Part shown: piece by piece, positions 54,901-64,000 of the stretch
Layout of the letters: each line of letters begins with the position of its first letter
Numbering within the stretch: the stretch's first letter is position 1
NCBI GenBank assembly: GCA_030141605.1
Contig: JAQGDQ010000038.1
Span: 186,001 to 250,000, forward strand
Direction: 5' to 3'
Length of the DNA: 64,000 bases
Origin: Tubiluchus corallicola
Lineage: Eukaryota > Animalia > Priapulida
Notes under the pieces: model-generated
Told to the model about the DNA's origin: nothing
The model's database searches: none
What the model saw: the letters and a program-made list of their open reading frames with translations, nothing else
Program-made: the position numbers and the translations under genes

Positions 54901-55492
54901 AAGCCAGCAACAGGAAACAGTGGCTTTGGCAACTCCAATGACAAGGGTCGAAACCTAGTACCTACAGAAATTTAAAATACTATATAATCAGAATTTATTA
55001 ATTATTATAAACAACAAAACTAAAATAAAAATGAGTGATTTCATATTTCAATGCAATGTACACAAGTCCAGTTGACAAAATTCTAGTTGTTTGACACAAG
55101 TCTGTTCTTTGTTTAACTCTTTTTTTCATTCCTTAATAGTTTGCTATATCTATACAAAGACCTACCTGAACTGCATAAAAATAACACTTACAGCTCAGCT
55201 AAAGACTACAATATCATTATATACTATTATAATTGTCACAAGATGGATTCTGAAATTATAGCTACAAAGGAAATGAATAAGTGAATAAAATAAATATCAC
55301 ATGATGAAGATGTTTTTACAGACTTCTGTACCTTAAATACAGTTCATCACAGAATTTTAATAGTAATTTAAAAAATCTGGAAAGCATTGAAAGAAACAGT
55401 AGATAGTACCAAATTAAGTTCAAATGTTTTTAAAATTTTATTTTTAACTTACCCTTTTGTGGGCCACCAATTAAGATGACAGCTTTTAACAT
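45952..55492 (-). CDS. GMPPA: Mannose-1-phosphate guanylyltransferase alpha subunit, 10 coding exons
   Basis: Exons: 55492-55453, 54961-54864, 52933-52830, 52372-52180, 51824-51631, 50472-50335, 49265-49121, 48899-48807, 47516-47345, 46052-45952 (TGA). Motifs: [21 protein letters not shown] (alpha type), [47 protein letters not shown]-terminal NQIIL. Confidence 0.97.
49357..50022. mobile_element. hAT-like non-autonomous element in GMPPA intron 6
   Basis: CAGGGATGAAAAT...ATTCTCATCCCTG (12/13 inverted match), GC-rich subterminal block, ATTATT on both flanks. Confidence 0.8.
53301..54012. mobile_element. pogo/Tigger-type MITE (longer copy) in GMPPA intron 2
   Basis: TA|CAGTAAGTCT...GAGGACTTATTG|TA; shares blocks with 19999-20520 (ccaattttcattttatca, cttggctttgact, caagcaagcagaaagaaa). 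Confidence 0.85.
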
Positions 55493-57371
55493 GTTTCTTT
55501 AATTTTGTATATTTTGAAGAATGTTTGATATCAATTCAACCTATATGAAAGAAATCAGGTTTAAAACAAGTCACAGAACTACTGTACAGTAAACATGACA
55601 CACACCACAAACTATGCAGCACCGCTATAAACATAAATACAAAAACTTTTATGAACGACCTAAGTAAATGATTGCTGGAATTTGATTTTAACAGTGCACA
55701 AATTACATCAAATCACTTAATTTTGTGCAGTAAAAATAATATTAATATGTGCACAGGTAGTGGAAGGACACTACACTAGGCTGAAAAGTCAATGACAGTT
55801 ACCATTCCAGTTTAGCTGCTTTATGAGCTTTTGCAATTAACGATTGAAGACTGAAGAACCCACAAGAAGCATGCACATCATGTATAACAAATGGTATCAG
55901 ATGGTTCTTTTGCACAAACAAGGCTATGGGAAAGCTACCTTACAAGATCGGGTATATGCCTTGTTATTGTAGTGCTGAGCTTGCCTTACTGGCATAAACA
56001 GATTGCTAACATCGCATTAAAAACTCCACATAAAACTAAGCTAGACACTCATGTAATTAATGTATTGGCTGATGGTTAAACTTTACTAAAAGTAATGCAG
56101 TTCAGCATGAAACATAAGTTTCGAGGATGAAACAGATTGAACTATAATATGGAGATATAAAACAATCATATTCATAATTACGAAGATAAAGGCCTACACC
56201 AAAATACTTGAGAAGGAAAGCAGTGTTTAGTGGGATTTAAAAAACTTCCATCAAGCGTCTATTAAATTAAAACACAAAATTGCACTTACTAAAGTAGAAG
56301 TGTACTACAGTAAGCAGTATTACTGCTTACTCGGAACTTCAGTAATTTTGAAAATAAAATGAACTCATACCAGAAAATCATTAAATCACTCACTGATCCA
56401 AATCTATTTACTAGATAATATTTTTATTAATACTGTAAAGTAATTTGATTTGCTATCGAAAATTACTTTTGGAAATTTGCATCATTTTTCTTTTTGCCAC
56501 GAGTTCACACTTCACAACAATATCAAAAATCTTCGCAGGTTTTTCGAAGAGATGACTTCGCTTATAAGTGGCGCCATTCACGCCTTCAATAAGCCACGGT
56601 CATGAGTTTCAAAAAAAACTTAAAAATTGCGATTCTTCGATAATAATTTTTATTTCAGGCACTTTTGGAAGACGGAACAAAGCATTATTTTATAATAATG
56701 TGATTCGTGATTAGCGGTCGTAATGTGATTATGGGCTGTAGTGCGAGCAAGATTAAAGATTATTAAATATTAACATTCTCGATTAAGGGCCGGCTCTACC
56801 AATACGCGAACTAGGCAACTACCCAGAGCGCCAAATTCTGGAAATTATCCCTTAATTTTTAAACTACTCTTCCCACAGACAATCACTTACTATTTTTGTT
56901 AGTTTCCTAAGGTTATCACACACATTATGCCATTACACCCAGACATTATTGGCGCATGCTTTTCCTCTCATCTCGTATTGTGTACATAGAGCAGCAAAGC
57001 TATGTATGCTTAGTAATGAACTTTCTGTTAATAAAAAATCCTAACAATAGCATTTCTCCATTACGGCAGATAAACCTATATGAATCAAAATCTCCAGGAA
57101 CGGAATACAAAAAAACGAACGTTAGGGGTGAGCTTCGAACGTTAGAATCGAATTAGAACGAGTTTTTTAGTTAGATTCGAACATAAAACTATAGATTCGA
57201 ATAATTCAGCACTTCAGTCACATACGTTCTTTATCATTAAAACGATTGAAACATCGTGCAATTAGCGTAATTTAGCTGTAATTTCTGTACACAATTTTAA
57301 ACAAATTATTAGTGGCTTTACTGCAAAACAAAATCGAGTAATATGCATGATCTTTGTACCGGCTGGTCATC

Positions 57372-57975
57372 ACACGCACGCACGCACGCGCGCACACACA
57401 CACACACACACTGTATTGCTCTTTAGATGATGATTGTGCAGGTACAAAACAAGAGGTAAAAAATTGTTAGTGGGGCCCTCTATTCTACAAAAGCTGAGGA
57501 TTAATGTTTTATGCTTGCTGGAAATATTCAAATATTTCATCCAGGAATAAGCGACAATGAGAAGTATATTCGCGGCTTTAATTCTAAATAGTGTCTACGG
57601 AAAACTTGGCTTTGCGGCTGTGAAGTAAAAAAAAGCATTGTTTTGCTTTCCGTATTTGCTGCTTGGAGGTGATGTAACATTTCTGAAGATAATTTTCTGA
57701 GGCAGCACCCCCCCCCCCGGCTAAAAAGCGTTAAGGGTTTCAGGCTCCTTCATTAGCCACAATAATATGTGCTAGAAACTGAAAATCTGCATGAAATATT
57801 TAATGTTTTATTACAATTCAAGATAATTACTGACATACTGTTTGTGCATGTACCTTCTAAAGTAGATGATAAACTGAAATTACAAAAGATCAGTAAAAAA
57901 AGTACGCACATACACACACACACACACACCACTGTATTGCTCTTTAGATGATGACTGTGCAGGTACAAAAGAGGC
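57372..57975. repeat. Two (CA)n-anchored direct repeats about 530 bp apart
   Basis: (CA)n followed by ctgtattgctctttagatgatga(t/c)tgtgcaggtacaaaa at about 57411 and 57932. Confidence 0.85.
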
Positions 57976-60106
57976 AGGCATGCCCACTAATCCGCTACGG
58001 AGCACCCAACACCCACTATGTTAGCATACTCGCATCAGACTTGGCAGTCATCTTTTGACCTTGCTGAAGGAGAATTTTACTGTGAAATGTTCAAACGTAG
58101 CTGCAATTTCAGCAAAGCTGAGAAACGTCAAAGCTTTTAAAGTCATCGACACAGTTGATAACCACATTAAGAGTAGGATCATCAAACAGAGGCACCCAGC
58201 CAGCAGAAAAATCTGATAATGAACTGATGATTGATATGTGCACCCAATACAATATATCTTCATAAATATATACTTTGGATACCATCCAGTGCTACCATTT
58301 AATAGTGAAATCTTTACTCCCATAGACACAAATATGATTAGAGTTTTTTCAAAGGCAAGTTTAATACACTGTAATTAAGCCACAGCAACAATAATCCAGA
58401 GTATTAATTTGCATGTACAACTTGTAAATTTACAATGTCATCAATTTTAACAGTACACCTTCTTGCCAATGCAAGCTAATTCCAAAGCAGTATGGATCGT
58501 AAACTTGAATGTAAATATGACTTCGTTTCTGTTGCAGCACTTTTAACTAAGGTAATGCTAAAACATAATTCAAACTGTGACACGAAAAATAAATAGGAGA
58601 AATAAGAAAAATTTTCTAGAGACTTTATATACTTTTTAGAAATATCTAAGCTGTCCACACAATAAAAGTTTTAACAGACAGCAAAAAGAAAGATAAGATA
58701 AAACTGCATTTTATGACCTTGATTGCTTAATAAATGTGTGGTAATAATCAGGACATATGCGTGAAACATATGACAGCCACCCCCTTTCCATCCATAACAT
58801 AGTGTTACAATTATCTGGTAAATGAACTGAAAGCAGGTATACTATCATACGCCTCGTTACATTGCTATTATATAATTGCATTAGGTGTACATTCTGCATC
58901 AAGTGGCAATACGCATTGCCAAAAGTGAATTACAGTGAATACTGTGGCTGCCTCAGAAATCTACACTTGTAAAGCATAAATTGAAAACTGCATAAGTAAA
59001 TTATTTTTAAATCTAACTTTCTGTTGACGAGAAATTAAATAAAGTGTTTCAAACAAAAAACAATATAGTTTACAAGCTTCCAGAATAATAATAATAATTT
59101 GACTGAGCATGTGCAAAAATTCATTCTTAAAAAATAATTATTTTTCGAAAAAGTGATTAAAAGCAATGCACTGTCGTAGATAAACCATGAACAGGAAATG
59201 TGTAGTACTAAGTTTATACTAATCACAATTCAAAACACTGCTTTCACCACATGTTTCAAGTAACAAACTTATGCTGTACTCCTAGGAGTATGTGTACTAC
59301 ATTAAAAACACTCTCTGTATAAAATTAAATTCTATAGTAGGTACATTAATATGAAGTACAAACTGCAAGTTTTTCTGTACTGCATTACTGCATTCAGTTC
59401 ACTGGTCTTCCAACTTCTTCTAATTGACAGGCAAGCAGTTATAACCATGTTTACAAAAAATATTCCACAACATTGCAAATCATTGTGATTTGACAGCAAA
59501 TTATCCACTGTGAAACTATTATGCACAAAAAATTATTATATGACAACATGGTGCCCAAACGTTTTGCAAGTTACTTTTTGTTCATAGTGATTGGATGTAA
59601 TAGTTGATTAGGGAAAAAACATGAAATTTTATGGTGTTAATGTAAAAAAGGTTCCTGGAAACAGTGTTTATTGGCTTGCAAAAGAAGTGTAAGTTGTTCA
59701 TGAATAAGTGATATTAAGAACATTAACTTCCAAAACTTCTGACAAAAAAATCTGGTAGACTGGTAAAGTGGTCAGTGGTCACAAGTGCTTCATAAGTAAG
59801 CGTAAAAAATACCAGTATATTTCACTCACAAGTAGAGTGTGTTAAAGAAATGAAGTCAAGACAATGACTAATGAATCGTTAAAATAGACATTCAAATTTG
59901 CAAAATATACATTGAATCGTTAACATTTTTAAGTGCTGGACTTGTAGATAATTAATATGTTTCAGGATGTACTTAATGAATTTGGACTTGTAAGTCACCC
60001 TGCTAAACAAAACAAACATATTCCTCCCAAATAGCAACAATATTTCAGTGGGCAGATTCAGTTTCAATGGTTATAAGACATAGTGAAGCCTTGGAATAAT
60101 CAGCAA

Positions 60107-62276
60107 TCAGGATTTCCTGCCTTTGCTCTTACTAGCAGCTTCTTTCTTGGCTTCTTGGGCTGGAAATAAAATATAACGTTAGTTGATCAGTTTATTTAAA
60201 GCATGCTAACCTGCAAAATTAACATTCAGTATGGCACTCTGTTCACAAAACATTTTGATACTCTAGCATATCAATTCACTAGACGTAATTTTTTTTATTT
60301 TAATTATTACTCCAAGCAGTGTACTTTGCAAAACACCAATGTGATGACGAGACATTTGTTGAGAGAATAGATGTTTTCTTGAATTAAGCTGCAAACTGCA
60401 TTCACAAATTAGGTAATTACTTTTATATAAGTTCTGTACTTTACAAACTGAAATCGAGAATTAATAGTAGAGTCTACTTAATAAAATGACTAGGGTGAAA
60501 CCATCTCACTTTGAAGAATATTCTTCTAAGATGATACTATAAATCGGTAGTATAGCAAATGAAAATGCCAAAGAACAACATTCTTGGTAATAATAATGTA
60601 TGTACCCAATTACTGACCAGGCATGGCGTAGCACTATGTGACTATAACATAAAAATTGTGTGATCTTTAAGTGTGCAATTCAGAAGAATGAGCAAAAGCG
60701 GGTGTCATACTTAGCATACACGAAAAATTGGGGTAAGCATTTTATGCCAGAAAGCGAATTTTTGGCAGAAAGCAAATCAAATTTTTGACCTTTGAACTCG
60801 AATTCAGCTGTCAAGATCTTCGAATAAATTTTTAAATCATGAAGCGGCATCATAAAGATCATGCATATTACTTAAATTTATTCTGAAATAAAAGCACACT
60901 AATAAGATGTTTAAAAATTCCACACAGAAATCACAGCTATTTTGTGCTGATTGCATTTATATTTCAAATGTTTTAAAGATAAAGAACGTATGTAGTTCAA
61001 GTACTGAATTATTCGTATTTATAATTTTAGGTTTGAATCTAAATTCGACCTAAAAATTCACTCGAAACGTTACAAATAAAATATCAGAAGTGTCAGTGTG
61101 TGGCCTTTCACCATGAAAGGGATAACAGGTGTCGATGTAACTTCACATTATCTCAACTATGAATATGCATACCTTTCTTTTCAGCTTCTCTTTTCCTTGC
61201 TGCTTCTTCTCGTTCCTTTCTTACAATTGCAAGTCGTGCTAGATCAGCTTGAGCTTCAGTTGTCTTTCCCTCAGCATGAAGTTTCTGATAACGCTGCTTT
61301 GCCTGCTGCTTTTCTATCTCTTCTCTAAAAGTTAAATGCAAATGACGGCAATACAAATGCATATTTAATTCAGAATTTCAAATTTGAACTATATACCATT
61401 TACTGCACCCAAGCAAATTAACAAAAATTGGTTGCTATTAAATAAAGAAACCTGTAAAGTAATTTAAATAATTTTAAATATACCTGAATAATAAGAAAAC
61501 TTATTCCTTTAATTTGAGGATAAGACTGTAGTTTATGTGCAAATGCATAATTGCTAGAAATAATGAGCTACATTTTGGTTAAGATTTTGCCCTGCTGTTA
61601 AGCAACATGCTCCTAGGGCTTGTCATTTAAAACTGTAGTAGAAAAAAATGAGCCAAAGTAAATATCATACATGGTACCAACTTATTGCGCATGAAAGAGC
61701 AGGATGTTGTGGAATATTGTCTCCGTTATGTTGTGAAATATGCTGTAATTTATTGTACATGTGAAAAAAAATTAATTAAGATTCATTCTTGGAGAATGTC
61801 AATAAGAACACAATTTGTGAAGCTAAGACAGCCACATATTACAGTATGCTGGATTTAATGTGGTTTCCAAACATTTTGTGCATATAGTATAGTGTATAGT
61901 AGTAGTAGTAGATATACAGTATATGCAGTATATAGTATATGCACAAAGCATTAGGAAACTATAGTAAGTCCTGTTGGTTAATGTATGTGGCCGTCTTGGT
62001 TTGCAATTTATGATCTTATTGAGGTTCCTCAAGACTGAATTGATTTCAAGTGCTATTAGAAGATTCTAATCACTAATAATTTATTACTAGGTATTACGTT
62101 GTATAGTAAACAGTGTGCAGTAGCAGTACCGTATAAAAAAAAGCCTATGTTACTAACCGTTCACGTCTAGATAATTCCACTTTTGTATCTGCATCAATAT
62201 CAGTCGCCTTCCTCGTCTTTGCTTTAGCTCTATTTGGATTTTCTATTTCAATTAAATGACTCACACCTTTTTTGTC
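60107..62276 (-). CDS. PDAP1: 28 kDa heat- and acid-stable phosphoprotein (PDGFA-associated protein 1), last 3 coding exons
   Basis: Exons: 62276-62158, 61324-61173, 60159-60107 (TGA). Motifs: [59 protein letters not shown]. 5' exons presumably lie beyond the window. Confidence 0.95.
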
Positions 62277-62695
62277 CTAGAGAAAAGCAAAAGTGCCAGT
62301 TAAACGGGATGTTCTATTTGGAGTCACCTAACTTATTCAAAAAAGATGCTTAAAGCCAAGCAACACAATAGATTTAATGACATATACAATAGAATCAAAG
62401 CCCATCAAAAATAATAAGTAACTGCCCTGCGAACAATTTTGCTCATAAATATCAATAATGCACAAACATCCTACATTCACTGAGTTTGTATATTATCCTT
62501 GCCCTTTAACAGTCCTGTTAGGTATTATGATCAATGCAAAGCCAGCAGCAGCTTTTACTGACACAAAGTGCCAGGCAGAGTACAATAGCATGACATCAAA
62601 ACAATGCAAGTGTCACTGTAACTTCTAAGCGAGAATCGCCCAAAACTAGAAGTTCCATTTGGTGGAGGTGACCCTAAAAGACAACCACATCGCCA

Positions 62696-63643
62696 CAGGG
62701 GCGTCGTGCACCAAAAAAAATTGGGGGGGGGCTGACTGTATATAATGGCGGAACTTAACTGTTTAAAAAACGTCGATGATCTCATAGAACAGAGCTGTTC
62801 GGAGAGAATCAACACCGGTTTGTTGCGTTATCTCTGTATGCCAGTACTCATCAATTCTTTTCGAGACTTTGCGACGACGTGGCTCACTGTACTGCACCCC
62901 AATGCTCTCAGATATTTCTTGTGCAATCTTCCAGTACTTTTCGAAGTCATTCACCGTTCGCTTTGCTGCAGTCTCTTTAATTAAGGCTTGGATGAGAACC
63001 ATGATGAAATGTGCTCAAAATCACGCCTTTTTATGCAGCAGACTCGTGGGAAAGAGTCGCTAAGGAGTAGCTAAGAGTCGGTAATGTCCAATCAGGAGGT
63101 GGCTCATCAATTTGCATATCCCAAACCGACTCTCTGGTACTAGGCTAGCTCGACAAACTGACTCTCTGGTACTAGGCTCAACATGACTTCAATGTTTGTA
63201 TTGCTTTTGCTCTATTATTTCACTGCTGAACGAAGCTCGAGTGCTAACTGAGCCGTTTTGTTAACTAACAGTCTTTTGTGCAAAGACGCTAATGCTACTC
63301 AAAGAGCTGCTTTGTTAACTGTTCCTGCCTGCCTCCTGAATAGATTACATGCAAACAAATTAACTACATCCTGACTTTCAGGTAAACACATCTGGTCAGG
63401 CACGTATTAACAGTCAGAATAATTTAACTCGGCGACAAACTTTAATGATAAAAAATATTATTGGGTTACTGTACCGAAACGCTCATACTGTTTGCATTTA
63501 TGGAGCGCTGGCCCGCTATTGTGTGTCAAAAAGTCGGAAATAAATTTGCTTACCGTTTGCCGTCGAGTTCTCATGTTTCTCTCTTTGACATTTTCTAAAA
63601 AAATTGGGGGGGGGGCCCAGGCCCCTATGGCACGACGCCACTG
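62696..63643 (-). mobile_element. Internally deleted hAT transposon (948 bp) in a PDAP1 intron
   Basis: TIRs CAGGGGCGTCGTGC / CAGTGGCGTCGTGC (13/14); 8-bp TSD catcgcca / cattgcca (7/8); internal hAT transposase-like fragment EPRRRKVSKRID...LFYEIID (62763-63002). Confidence 0.92.
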
Positions 63644-64000
63644 CATTGCCATGTAGCCCCATTTATCCTCTTTCCAAAGACATAAATCTCCTTCCAAGAC
63701 CACCCACCAAAGTTAGAACTTTTTTCTACACAGTTTTCCGAGAAAATTTTGAAAAAAAAAACGGGTAGCTGGGTCAAGGAAAATGTCCACTGCGGTTGTT
63801 TGTTTTGTTTTCTAATCCATGTAAGTAGACACAATGATACAAAATGAGATATATGAGACAAAATGATTACACATCTAAGTGCATATTTTTTACACAGATC
63901 AGCATACGGCAGTGTGAGAACGCATTACTTAATGCCAAGTCCTACTACTACTGTTAAAAGTGATGGTGGGATTGGAAGAAGCTTTATTACGAAAGATAAT

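Noticed and set aside
22757-62276. Operon of co-oriented minus-strand genes
   Set aside because: Intergenic gaps are several kb and TE-filled; co-orientation alone is not evidence.

Overview
AT-rich, intron-rich animal (invertebrate-like) nuclear DNA, not prokaryotic, so most ORF-track calls are exon fragments or noise. Exons were rebuilt by hand from splice signals and protein motifs. Genes in order: LZTR1 (-, last exon not found in the window), SIRT3-like sirtuin (+, complete), two tandem mitochondrial-clan CYP27-like P450s with intronless coding regions (-), CCDC137 (-, complete), GMPPA (-, complete) and the last three exons of PDAP1 (-). Introns and intergenic DNA hold a dead P-element transposase, degenerate LINE RT fragments, hAT and Tc1/pogo-type MITEs, tRNA-like SINE remnants and simple repeats. 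No clearly new biological system is demonstrated. Best leads: (1) the intronless P450 pair, with an identical tract and differences clustered in substrate-recognition regions; (2) a strong splice donor in the CCDC137 3' UTR that could join it to acceptors just before each P450 start codon; (3) a GC-AG intron with a duplicated acceptor in LZTR1; (4) a hAT-like MITE with an apparent 6-bp target duplication.
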